DNA from: a virus
Lineage: Duplodnaviria > Caudoviricetes
Virus record (IMG/VR): IMGVR_UViG_3300031949_001708
Coordinates: 1,936-65,935 of that record
Reading direction: 5' to 3' (one strand)
DNA: 64,000 nt
How positions within the stretch are numbered: position 1 is the stretch's first letter; each line of letters starts with the position of its first letter. Both the position numbers and the translations under genes were made by a program. The notes beneath the pieces were generated by a model, which worked only from the letters and a program-made list of their open reading frames with translations, searched no databases and was not told the origin of the DNA. Shown here piece by piece: positions 45,390 through 54,104 of this stretch.

Positions 45390-45716
45390 TCAGCGCAACC
45401 TCTCTCGCGCCCACTCAAGGTCGTGGGCCTCGTCGCTCCAGCCCTTGAGCCGCGTCTCCACCAGCGCGTATGGGCAGACGGGATCGTGGTCCAAGTAGTT
45501 CGGGCAGTCCGTCGGGCCGACGGAACCGAGCAACTCTACCTCGGCCGTCCAGTGGTTGACGGCGTAGACGTCGCCCGTCTCGTGGACGGCGCTGACGCGG
45601 TAGCGTGGGCCGCGCGGTATTGCCGAGCCGTCCGTCCACCAAGCTCCGAAATCTGACTCACCGCTCCGCTCGCCGCCCCGCGCGTCATAGAAGTCCTTGA
45701 TCGTCGCGAATTTCAC
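45390..45716 (-). CDS. Hypothetical protein
   Basis: GTG start behind GGAGG, coupled to upstream gene. Confidence 0.55.
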   Translation of the reverse strand: MKFATIKDFYDARGGERSGESDFGAWWTDGSAIPRGPRYRVSAVHETGDVYAVNHWTAEVELLGSVGPTDCPNYLDHDPVCPYALVETRLKGWSDEAHDLEWARERLR

Positions 45717-45958
45717 AGCATGTCCTCCGTCATGGCGGCGATCGCGCCGATGTCGTCGCCCAGGAGGTCGAACAGCACACGCGACTTCGTCGCCAGTTCC
45801 GCCGCCTCCGGTCCGACCTCGTTGTGCCGGTTGCCAAACACGCCGCAGCCGTCCTTGGCGAACGCCCGCCTCGCGGCGGTGAAGGTCATGCCCGATAGGT
45901 CCTCGAATTCCCCGATGTCCCACGGCTCGGCGCAAATGGGGCAAAGAACGTCCATCAC
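45713..45958 (-). CDS. Small conserved phage hypothetical protein
   Basis: CP.C.EPWD..LGDD. Confidence 0.6.
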   Translation of the reverse strand: MMDVLCPICAEPWDIGEFEDLSGMTFTAARRAFAKDGCGVFGNRHNEVGPEAAELATKSRVLFDLLGDDIGAIAAMTEDML

Positions 45959-46284
45959 TCCTCCTTCATCGCCACAGCGATGGCGGCGCGGATGGCCTCT
46001 TGGTGGTATGTGGCATAGTGCGCCAAACGGGCATCCGTGCCTGGTAGCCTGTACTCGCCCGCCTTGTCAACGATAGCGGTGAGAAGAACCTCAACGCGTG
46101 TGAGCGTCTCCAGCAGTTCCGGCGCGGCGACGATCAGGCGGGCGTCTGCGGCCGGATCATCCCGCCCCGACGACCAGTCAAGGCAAATGGACGCCACGAT
46201 TTTGTAGCCGGCCCAGATGTCAAGCGTTGGGCTTCCGCGGTCGTCCTCTCCGCCCTTGATCTGCCATGCCTCTCGTTTGATCAC
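45955..46284 (-). CDS. Hypothetical protein
   Basis: A.ARLI.AAPELLE motif common in phage early genes. Confidence 0.6.
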   Translation of the reverse strand: MIKREAWQIKGGEDDRGSPTLDIWAGYKIVASICLDWSSGRDDPAADARLIVAAPELLETLTRVEVLLTAIVDKAGEYRLPGTDARLAHYATYHQEAIRAAIAVAMKEE

Positions 46285-46306
46285 TCGAAGACCTCCCCTC
46301 TCCTCA

Positions 46307-46705
46307 CTATGTGGTCGCCTCCTTTGCCCCAACGGGGCGCGCTTGATGATCCAGCGAGCGGCGTTCGCCGTCCTGGCAGAAGCTGCAGGTCTGGCCGTCG
46401 GCATAGCGGCCCTGGCCGTGGCAGCGCTCACACTTCACCATCTTCCACCGGAACGGGTCGCCGTCCTCGTGCTCCCAGCCGTCGTCCTGCTGGCTCCAGT
46501 GGATCGGCTCGAAGCAGCCGGCGCATTGCGGCCCGGCGCCGCCCGGCGCGCGTCCCGAGCAGGTGGCGCAGATGACGGGGAAGGACCGGACGCGGTCGAT
46601 TACCCGGAAGCAGCGGTCGCCCGCGCCAATCAGGGCGTCGCACTCGAGGCAGCGCCACTCGACCCGCAGCCTCGTGGGGAAGAGACGTCGGTCTCCGGGG
46701 ATCAT
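46307..46705 (-). CDS. Multi-CxxC hypothetical protein
   Basis: Several CxxC pairs. Confidence 0.5.
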   Translation of the reverse strand: MIPGDRRLFPTRLRVEWRCLECDALIGAGDRCFRVIDRVRSFPVICATCSGRAPGGAGPQCAGCFEPIHWSQQDDGWEHEDGDPFRWKMVKCERCHGQGRYADGQTCSFCQDGERRSLDHQARPVGAKEATT

Positions 46706-46941
46706 ACCTGTCCAGCCTGCAGCGATCCGCCGCGTTGGTGATAGTCGTGCGCGTCGAAAATGGGGATTCCGTGGGCAGCCGAGTACAGGGCCTTCCCGCA
46801 AATCCCGCAGTAAATGAGGTGGATGAAGCGCCCGCACTGGCAGCGCGGCGCCCCGTCCGCTTCCGCCCGTGCGTTCAAGCGCTTGAATTCAGCCCACTCG
46901 GCCTCGAAGGCAGCGTCCATCTCAGCGACGTCGGAACTCAC
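46702..46941 (-). CDS. Hypothetical protein
   Basis: Coupled ORF with CxC/CxxC. Confidence 0.45.
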   Translation of the reverse strand: MSSDVAEMDAAFEAEWAEFKRLNARAEADGAPRCQCGRFIHLIYCGICGKALYSAAHGIPIFDAHDYHQRGGSLQAGQV

Positions 46942-47258
46942 CGGAACACCCCGGATCGGAGGTCCAGGCCATGCTGGGCGCACAGGTCGCGGAACGCCTT
47001 CTGCACCCGCTCCGTCTCGGCGTGCGCCTCGCAGTCCTCGCGGGACCCGAGCCGCCAGTCGCGGCCGCAGGTGGTGGATAGTTGCACCAGCTCGCCGCGG
47101 GCCTTGTAGCCTACCAGGACGGCGAGCCGGTTGACGCCCGCCTCGGACGAGGATCGCCGCACGACCATCCGGACGATCCGGTCGCTGATGGCGTCGTCGA
47201 GGGCGTCGCGCTCGAGTTCGATCACGAACGCCTCGATCTCGTCGAAGTGAACCGTCAT
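46938..47258 (-). CDS. Hypothetical protein
   Basis: Coupled ORF. Confidence 0.5.
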   Translation of the reverse strand: MTVHFDEIEAFVIELERDALDDAISDRIVRMVVRRSSSEAGVNRLAVLVGYKARGELVQLSTTCGRDWRLGSREDCEAHAETERVQKAFRDLCAQHGLDLRSGVFR

Positions 47259-47338
47259 GGGGCCGCCTCTTCCTTCGCCCAGAGTATCGCGTAGCCGGGG
47301 CGACGAGGGAAGTCCTCGCCGGCCCGCCTCCGCGCGAC

Positions 47339-47581
47339 TCAATTCGCCTGCGGCGTGCCCCGATCCTCCCACGCCAGTTCCGGCAGGTCCTCGTAGGCAA
47401 TCGAACACTCCAGCCCGAAGCGCTGCAGCTCCCTGTCCTCCGTCTCGATAATCCACCGGCCATCGACGAAGTCCAAGATGGTGAAGCGGATGCCGGCCCA
47501 GATAACGACGGCGACATCCCCGTCCGCAGCTTCGAGAAGGGCGGGCGTCTCGCGCATGAGCGTCTGGTTATATTCGGCCAT
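47339..47581 (-). CDS. Hypothetical protein
   Basis: TGATG coupling. Confidence 0.45.
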   Translation of the reverse strand: MAEYNQTLMRETPALLEAADGDVAVVIWAGIRFTILDFVDGRWIIETEDRELQRFGLECSIAYEDLPELAWEDRGTPQAN

Positions 47582-47838
47582 CAGTACCACCCCTCCTCCC
47601 GCGCGCTCTCGCGCAGGCCGTTCAGCTTCGCCACGAGCCGCGCCTTCATGACGTCGTACGCCAGGCGGCCCGTGTCGAGCGCCTCCTCGATCTCCTTCGC
47701 CGTCGTGCCGGGCGTGATGCCTGACAGGTGGAGCGCCGCCTCCGCCATCTGGAAGGGCTTAAACTGCACCTTCATTCCGACCGTCACGGCGAGCTTGAGG
47801 CCAGACGTCTCGTCCGGCCCTTCCTCTCCCGGCATCAT
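47581..47838 (-). CDS. Hypothetical protein
   Basis: Coupled ORF. Confidence 0.5.
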   Translation of the reverse strand: MMPGEEGPDETSGLKLAVTVGMKVQFKPFQMAEAALHLSGITPGTTAKEIEEALDTGRLAYDVMKARLVAKLNGLRESAREEGWY

Positions 47839-48341
47839 GACGTCCGCCGCCCCGCCACCTTCGCTCGGCTGCCCGCCAGCATCCGGATGGCCTCGTCCAG
47901 CGCGCCCTCGCGGACAAGGGCCAATCCAAGGAGTGGGTCGCGTCCTGCCTCGAGCTGCCGCAGTACCAAGATCGAGGCTGCCCGGAAGATCCGCTCCGCC
48001 TCGGTTGCGGCATACGCTCCCTTCTTCGAAACCATGACGTGGACGACACGGCGGTCCTTCCGGTCTCGCGTCCTCGCGAGGTAGCCCTTCTCCTCCAGCC
48101 GGTTGAGCAGCCCGGAGATGCTGTGCGTCTCCTGCAGGAGCTGCGTTGCGATCTCGCTTGGCGTGACGCCTGGCTGAACCGCCGCGAGCATCAAAAGCCG
48201 CGCACACGCCGGCCCCACGTCCTGCGTCGCCTCTTCTCGCTGCAGCGCGAGTTCCACCAGCCGCTCCACGCCCGTGGCGGCATTACATAGGAGGATCGCC
48301 ACTGGCGTCTCCTGCGCGTCGCGGGCTTGTCGCTGTGTCAT
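47835..48341 (-). CDS. MarR-family winged-helix regulator
   Basis: T.SEIA..L......S.LL.RLEEKGY..R.RD.KDRR.V.V. Confidence 0.88.
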   Translation of the reverse strand: MTQRQARDAQETPVAILLCNAATGVERLVELALQREEATQDVGPACARLLMLAAVQPGVTPSEIATQLLQETHSISGLLNRLEEKGYLARTRDRKDRRVVHVMVSKKGAYAATEAERIFRAASILVLRQLEAGRDPLLGLALVREGALDEAIRMLAGSRAKVAGRRTS

Positions 48342-48399
48342 GTTCCTATTCCCCTTCCCGCCGCGTTCAGGCGGCGCTTCTCTCCATCGGGGCGTTCGC

Positions 48400-48879
48400 C
48401 TAGCTGACGGATTCGAGGTCCGAGATGATGGCGGCGTGCCCCTCCGGGCAGCTCGCCGGGCTCGGCTCGCGCGTGACGAACGAGTGCATGCAGGAGCTGC
48501 AGAACCACCGGGTCTGTCCCTCCAGGACTCCCTTCTGATTCGGCGTCCGGCTGATGTTCTTGAAGCCCGCCGGCTTCTCCGTGGCCGGCCTTCGCGCCGG
48601 CACACCGATCTCGACCGCCTCGCGGATCAACTCCGCGCCGTTCGAGCCCCGGTCGCTGAGGTGCCAGAAGCGCGGCCCTTGGCACGCCTTCTTCTGCGTC
48701 AGCGCCTGCCCGGCTGCCGAGAGGCTGGTGAAGACGACGCCGTGGCGCGCGTGCTCGTTGCCCTGCACGATCACAACGACCGTCTTCCCGTCCCGGTCCT
48801 CCACCTTCGCCTTGTAGGTCTCGCCCTTGTAGGGCGCGACCAGTTCCTGTCCGATCTCGAGCTGTGCCTTTGCGGCCAT
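48400..48879 (-). CDS. RAMA/DUF2924-like domain protein with C-terminal Zn-binding tail
   Basis: L.A.YKG..Y.A.V..F.SLSAAG..G..FW; C..C..H..CP.GH. Confidence 0.65.
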   Translation of the reverse strand: MAAKAQLEIGQELVAPYKGETYKAKVEDRDGKTVVVIVQGNEHARHGVVFTSLSAAGQALTQKKACQGPRFWHLSDRGSNGAELIREAVEIGVPARRPATEKPAGFKNISRTPNQKGVLEGQTRWFCSSCMHSFVTREPSPASCPEGHAAIISDLESVS

Positions 48880-49058
48880 CGTTCCTCCTTCGGCGTTTGG
48901 AATTGATGAGCAGCCTTCGCCGTTCGACCGCCCGCCCCAGCGCAGACGTCTGGACGTCTGCCTGCCGAGGCGCGGGGCCGTCCTCGAACCTAGCGATCTC
49001 GAGCTTGGTTCGCTTGGCCGAGAACCAGCAGTACTCGCATGTCTGGGGGATTATATAC

Positions 49059-49087
49059 TTGACACTAGGCTGAGAATCAGTTAGACT
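49059..49087 (+). promoter_or_regulatory. Inward promoter at IS left end
   Basis: TTGACA-17nt-TAGACT. Confidence 0.7.
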
Positions 49088-49250
49088 CATCTTGTGATGA
49101 GACAGGCTTCCCAACTTCAGGCTCTTTCTCATTCGGATCATCCTTCTCGTGGGCCACACGGTGTAGCTCGTCGCGCACTGGTTTCGGGAACAATTTCTTC
49201 ATCGCTTCTTCGGTCGTCCACTCGGTCGGCTTCTTCTTACGTCGCGGCAT
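49077..49250 (-). CDS. 57-aa ORF inside IS left end
   Basis: MPRRKKKPTEWTTEEAMKKLFPKPV...; GGAG RBS. Confidence 0.5.
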   Translation of the reverse strand: MPRRKKKPTEWTTEEAMKKLFPKPVRDELHRVAHEKDDPNEKEPEVGKPVSSQDESN

Positions 49251-49262
49251 AGGAGCACTCCC

Positions 49263-50156
49263 ATGAAAACAGCGGATATGAATGTGATGAAGCTAACGGA
49301 TTTGTTCCATAGTGACGAGCGCTGCCGTGCCTACCTTGAAGCTCTACGCTGGCCCGATGGCCTGGCATGCCTACGCTGCCAAAGCACCAAGATTTCGCGG
49401 AGCTACAAGCGCAACCAGTTTGTCTGTGATTCATGCGGCTACAACTTCTCCGTTACGGCTGGTTCCATCTTCCACGATACCAAGCTCGGCCTGCCCAAGT
49501 GGTTCATGGCCGTCTATCTCATGTGCGAATCGAAGAAAGGCATGAGCGCCAACCAGATGAAGAGGACGCTGGGCGTGTCCTACAAGACGGCCTGGTATCT
49601 CTGCCACCGCATCCGCGCCGCCATGAGGGATGCCAGCGTGGGGATGCTCAGCGGTATCGTAGAGGTTGACGAGACCTACGTCGGTGGCAAGGTGAGGGGT
49701 CGGGGCCGGGGCTACCGCGAGAACAAGACAATGGTGGTCGGCGCTATCCAGCGCGGCGGCAACGTTCGGCTCAAGGTCGAAAAGCGGGCTGACCGCAAAA
49801 CGCTCCACGCCTTCATCAAGGCATATGTGGGCGACGACGCCGAAGCGATCCACACGGACGAATGGCCGGCCTACTTGGGCATCGCCGACAAGAACACCCG
49901 GCACGAGACGGTCAACCACCGGCAAGAAGAATGGGTCCGGGCCGACGTTCACACCAACACCGTAGAGGGAGTCTGGTCGCTGTTCAAGCGCTCTATCGTC
50001 GGCTCGTACCATCAGCTTAGCGAGAAGCACATGGACGCCTACCTGGACGAGATGGCGTGGCGGTTCAACCAGCGTCACAACCCCTACCTGTTCCGCGATA
50101 CGTTGGTCAAGCTAGTAAAGGCCGAGACGCTGGAATACAAGTCGCTAATTTCCTGA
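49263..50156 (+). CDS. tnp: IS1595-family DDE transposase
   Basis: RWPDG..C..C Zn ribbon, VEVDETY, IHTDEW, VNH..E, HTNT.EG.W, YL.E..WR.N. Confidence 0.95.
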   Translation: MKTADMNVMKLTDLFHSDERCRAYLEALRWPDGLACLRCQSTKISRSYKRNQFVCDSCGYNFSVTAGSIFHDTKLGLPKWFMAVYLMCESKKGMSANQMKRTLGVSYKTAWYLCHRIRAAMRDASVGMLSGIVEVDETYVGGKVRGRGRGYRENKTMVVGAIQRGGNVRLKVEKRADRKTLHAFIKAYVGDDAEAIHTDEWPAYLGIADKNTRHETVNHRQEEWVRADVHTNTVEGVWSLFKRSIVGSYHQLSEKHMDAYLDEMAWRFNQRHNPYLFRDTLVKLVKAETLEYKSLIS

Positions 50157-50175
50157 CTCCTAAATGTCGCAACCA

Positions 50176-51495
50176 TCAAGATGAAGCCTTCTCAAGTACT
50201 TCGCGGGGCATTGGTATGTACTCGTTGTTCAAATCCAGGAAGGTCTTGAGGCCCTTCCTATCAATTCCGCCTGACAAGATTCTCACCTGATCGATCAAGG
50301 AATCGTGTCGCTTCACCCATTGGCCGATGGCTTCAAGGTCTGCCAACGTTCCGATCCTAGAGCTGTGCCATACGAATGCTCCGGCAAACAGGTAAATGCT
50401 GCAATATCGAATGAACGCGCCCTCTAACTCGGCAGGGCTTCCTTTGACTATGAGGTCCTGCACATTGCGTAGCGCCTCGCCATAATGCGGCTCGAACGCA
50501 TAATCCCTAAAGTACCTCGCGGACAGCCCTTGCCAGCCACCATTCGTGAAGCACTGGTCAAAGATCGCCTTGAGGACAGGACGGAGCGCATCAAAGGCAG
50601 GGATAGCGTAAGAATTGCACAATAAGACAAGTTGTTCATCTGGCGGTTCGGACTCGTTAACGGGTGTTGCCGATATGACAGCGAGAGGCGCGGCGCTCCA
50701 AATCTTCTCGAATGCACCCAAGAGACGCGAGTAAAGCGGGTCTTCTCTAAGAACCTTGAAGTTTGGCCGTTCAAGTGAAAACGGCGTCAGTACCTCTGCT
50801 CGAATTGAACCATCCCGTTCGTTCGGTTCGAGGATCGTCATGCCCAGGATGGGGCCGTCGAACCACCTGACCTCAACGTTGTGCGCCTGCGCTTCGCGGG
50901 TAGCTTGTTCAATTGTCTGTCTGAGATGGCTTTCAGTTTCGCCTGGTACAGCAGCCACTAGACTGGAGATCGTGTGACCGTATGGGTCTAGAAGCAAAGC
51001 CCGCTGAAACTGCGGCATCGCATAGAGTCCGTTAGCCCTGGCATACTCGCCAGCAATCCCCGTGTACCATACGCGCCTTGCTGCTCTTACTTCACCCAAG
51101 AGGCCACCGGTGGCGGTGTTCATCTCGGTGCGATCTCGAAAGAAGATCGGTGATAGCAGCGGAGCTTGGCTCCTGTTGTGGATGGGTTCGGGCTCATCTT
51201 GTAATTGCGTCGGTTCTTGTGGCTTAGTCTCTGAGGGGGCCTGTTCCAGTTCTATTGGCTTCTTCCCAACCCGATAGAGCCAATAGAGCCCAAGGGGTGT
51301 GAGCACAAGCCAGCCCCACTCGCCCGCGAAGGCGAAAACATCGGACGCACCTCGCTGCCAAAGTGACGCTAGGAAATCCAAGTCGCCGCCCCACTCGACA
51401 AGCTTGTAGGCCGGGGAGAAACCAGAGATAACCCATTGTGGCAGAGATTCTTTGCGGAGGTAGGGGCGGAGCCATTCAGGAACCCTAGAATCCAT
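50176..51495 (-). CDS. IS passenger protein, membrane-anchored, unknown function
   Basis: 439 aa, lower GC, N-terminal hydrophobic segment, within TIRs. Confidence 0.75.
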   Translation of the reverse strand: MDSRVPEWLRPYLRKESLPQWVISGFSPAYKLVEWGGDLDFLASLWQRGASDVFAFAGEWGWLVLTPLGLYWLYRVGKKPIELEQAPSETKPQEPTQLQDEPEPIHNRSQAPLLSPIFFRDRTEMNTATGGLLGEVRAARRVWYTGIAGEYARANGLYAMPQFQRALLLDPYGHTISSLVAAVPGETESHLRQTIEQATREAQAHNVEVRWFDGPILGMTILEPNERDGSIRAEVLTPFSLERPNFKVLREDPLYSRLLGAFEKIWSAAPLAVISATPVNESEPPDEQLVLLCNSYAIPAFDALRPVLKAIFDQCFTNGGWQGLSARYFRDYAFEPHYGEALRNVQDLIVKGSPAELEGAFIRYCSIYLFAGAFVWHSSRIGTLADLEAIGQWVKRHDSLIDQVRILSGGIDRKGLKTFLDLNNEYIPMPREVLEKASS

Positions 51496-51686
51496 CTCCT
51501 ACCAGCCTTTCTCGCTGGCAGTAGTCTACCATAGCCTAGCGTGTGGTATACAATCCCCCATGTCTGCTGGTCACTGAAGGGCCCCGGAGGCAGCGGTGTC
51601 TGCGAAATGATCTTCGTCGCGTTCTTTTCCACTATGGACCTCCTCCTTCACCGTCAGTATCGGCCGCCCTCGGCCAGCTCTGAAGT

Positions 51687-51938
51687 CTACCCAGCACCAT
51701 GATTGGCCCCTCCGCAACTGCACACGCAGACGGGCCCGCGCGCGTGAAGGCACGCGCCCGAGCACGCCACGCCCTCAGCGTACGTCGCCATGATCTCGAA
51801 GCGCCGCATGAAGGAGCCGCACTCGCATCCCTCGACCGGGATGGCTTCGCCTCGGCGGTAGTCCCGCCGGCGTGCCTGGCCGCAGCGCGGGCAGCGATGG
51901 AGGACCCGGACGACGTCTTGCATCTCGTTCATGGTCAA
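51687..51938 (-). CDS. Cys-rich small protein
   Basis: CPRC, CEC, C..AC..A.G..C.CSCGG.NHG. Confidence 0.6.
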   Translation of the reverse strand: MTMNEMQDVVRVLHRCPRCGQARRRDYRRGEAIPVEGCECGSFMRRFEIMATYAEGVACSGACLHARGPVCVCSCGGANHGAG

Positions 51939-52167
51939 CGCTTCTTGGGGGCCGAACGTTTCAGGCAGGGGTCCGTCGGCTCCGCTTCTTCCTTCATTCT
52001 GACGTTAGCGTGACGACGAGGCGAAGTCAACCTATAATCGGGCTGATTCACGCTATCGTCGGGGGAGGGCGCGTTAGTACCCCGCGAGAGCCTTCCGGGC
52101 CAAGGCGAAGAAGGGGCGGGCTGGGCCCGAGCGGGTCCGCCCCTGCCACCAAAGGGGGAGGAAGCCG

Positions 52168-53436
52168 ATGTACGCCCAGACCCTTACGAAGCTGCCGCTC
52201 GCGACGTGGGCCCGACTGATGGGCGTCCACCCGCTCCATTTCGCCCAGGTGTCATTCACGCCGGCGAACGCGAAGTTCCCCTCGGGCAACTGCGACAGCG
52301 TCATGGCGCAGCACGAGTGGCAGGAGGCGGACGCGACGTCGCGCGAGGAGGTGGCGCGCGCGATCGCGCAGGCGGAGGAGAACATCGAGCGGGAGCTGGG
52401 CTTCCGCCTGCTGCCTAGCTGGGAGGTGGACGAGTGGCGCGAGACGATGCGCTACTTCCGGCCCGAGCTCGACAACCTCAGCCTCACGGATCTGCGCGGT
52501 GCGGCCCAGGCGCTCAAGGCGCGCTGGGGCCACCTCGTGACGGTCGGCCAGCGCGCCACGTCCCTCCTGGCGGCCGGGTCCGCCATCACGTGGAGCGACG
52601 TCGTGGCGGTGGGGGACGGGTACGACGAGACCGGAACCGTCACGGTCGCGGGACTGGCGGCGGCCGTCGTGGCGTGCGAGGTCCACATCTACTACCCCGG
52701 CCACGCGGGCGACCCGGCATTCGAGATCCGACCGATCGACGTCTCCATCACGGCCGGCGTCGCGACCATCACGTTCCGGCGCGAACTGGCGGTCCTGGAG
52801 GACCTGCTCGAGGCGTTCAAGCCGCTCGCGGCTGAAGGTGCGGACGATGCCAACTTCCTCGACGAGGTCGACGTCTACCGCGTCTACAACGACCCGTCCG
52901 CGCCCGCAACGCTCCTGTGGGAGAACCGCCCCACCACCTGCGGCTGTGCTGACGATTCATGCCCCTCGTGCGACTACAGCGCCCAGACGGCTTGCCTCAA
53001 CTTCCGCGGCGACCCGGCGAACGGCTGGCTCTCGTACGAGCCCGCAACGTACGACTCCGACACAGACGCGTGGGCGCGCCAGGACCCGAGCGTCGGGCGT
53101 AACCCCGACATCGTTCGCCTCTGGTACCAGGCGGGGCTCCGGGACAAGCGTGTCGCCTGCCCGAGCCGCGACATGGAGACGCAGTGGGCGCTGGCGGTGG
53201 CGCGCTACGCCGCCTCCATCCTGGACCGGCCGCCTTGCGCCTGTGCGCGCGAGACGTGGGAACGGTGGCGCGTGGACCTGGCGTTCCGCGGCGGAGCCGA
53301 GGAGCTCGCGACGTACGAACTGACGCCCTCGGATCTCGGCAGCCCGTTTGGAACGGCCGCGGGCGCGATCTACGCCTGGAGGCGTGTCAAGGCAGCGGAG
53401 AGCGGCGCGGCGGCCCGCTTCGCGATCGCGCCTTAA
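52168..53436 (+). CDS. Putative head-tail adaptor / neck structural protein
   Basis: First gene of tail-side operon; GGAGG RBS; A...AE..IE.EL adaptor-like motif. Confidence 0.6.
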   Translation: MYAQTLTKLPLATWARLMGVHPLHFAQVSFTPANAKFPSGNCDSVMAQHEWQEADATSREEVARAIAQAEENIERELGFRLLPSWEVDEWRETMRYFRPELDNLSLTDLRGAAQALKARWGHLVTVGQRATSLLAAGSAITWSDVVAVGDGYDETGTVTVAGLAAAVVACEVHIYYPGHAGDPAFEIRPIDVSITAGVATITFRRELAVLEDLLEAFKPLAAEGADDANFLDEVDVYRVYNDPSAPATLLWENRPTTCGCADDSCPSCDYSAQTACLNFRGDPANGWLSYEPATYDSDTDAWARQDPSVGRNPDIVRLWYQAGLRDKRVACPSRDMETQWALAVARYAASILDRPPCACARETWERWRVDLAFRGGAEELATYELTPSDLGSPFGTAAGAIYAWRRVKAAESGAAARFAIAP

Positions 53437-53740
53437 AGACGATGTGGCGCGGGTTGATGCACGTGTGGTCGAGGCAGGTGAAGCGCGGCCTTCGCCCCTC
53501 TGGCCGCGAGCCGTACAGCAGGATGAAGGCCCAGATCCAGGCGCGCTGCACGCGGGACCGCTGGGCTGCCGAATCCCACACGCCGAAGACGCCGTAGCCC
53601 TGCGGGTCCGTCGCGCCCAGCCAATGCCAGCAGGCATCAGGCGAAGGCAGTTCGACCTTCGAGAAGAAGAGGGCTTCGGTGGGCAGTGCCTGCCGACGAG
53701 GAGCCGAAAGGCCTGTGCTTGCCGCTCGTAACGCTCTCAC
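53387..53740 (-). CDS. Degenerate HNH endonuclease-like ORF
   Basis: F.SKV....CW.W.G.....GYG.F..C...CINP.H. Confidence 0.5.
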   Translation of the reverse strand: MRALRAASTGLSAPRRQALPTEALFFSKVELPSPDACWHWLGATDPQGYGVFGVWDSAAQRSRVQRAWIWAFILLYGSRPEGRRPRFTCLDHTCINPRHIVFKARSRSGPPRRSPLP

Positions 53741-53798
53741 AAAGGCAGTTTAGCACCCGTGACAGCTAGTTAAGGCCGGCCGTACGCTCCGGGCGGAT

Positions 53799-54104
53799 AT
53801 GGAGCAGGGGCTGCGGCAGGTGACGTTCGTCGACGCGCAGGGACGGAAGTGGGCTCGCCTCCTTCCGCCTTCCGCGCCCGACAGCGACGCCGAGTGGGGC
53901 ATTCCGATAGGCCCTCCGCCGCTCACTTCTCTCGGCCTTCCCGGCGAGGTCGAGGTCGCGCTCCATAACCAGCTCTACGAGCGAGGCATCCTGACGGAAC
54001 GGGATGCCAAGCGGGGGAGGCTGGAGATCGACTCGGCCCTTCGGGCGGCGCTCCGCGTCGACACGGGCCGGATCTTCGACCTCTACCGAGGCCAGGAGGC
54101 TTAG
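53799..54104 (+). CDS. Hypothetical protein
   Basis: ORF in tail operon. Confidence 0.6.
   Translation: MEQGLRQVTFVDAQGRKWARLLPPSAPDSDAEWGIPIGPPPLTSLGLPGEVEVALHNQLYERGILTERDAKRGRLEIDSALRAALRVDTGRIFDLYRGQEA

Larger units (their letters stand above)
49046..51558 (+). mobile_element. IS1595-family element with passenger gene
   Basis: Imperfect TIRs GGGGATT.TATAC...CTAGGCT; 8-bp TSD CATGTCTG at 49038-49045 and 51559-51566. Confidence 0.95.

Noticed and set aside
25404-51558. 26-kb composite transposon bounded by two inverted IRR copies
   Set aside because: Outer flanks differ (CAGGCATT vs CATGTCTG); the 49046-51558 element already has its own matching TSD
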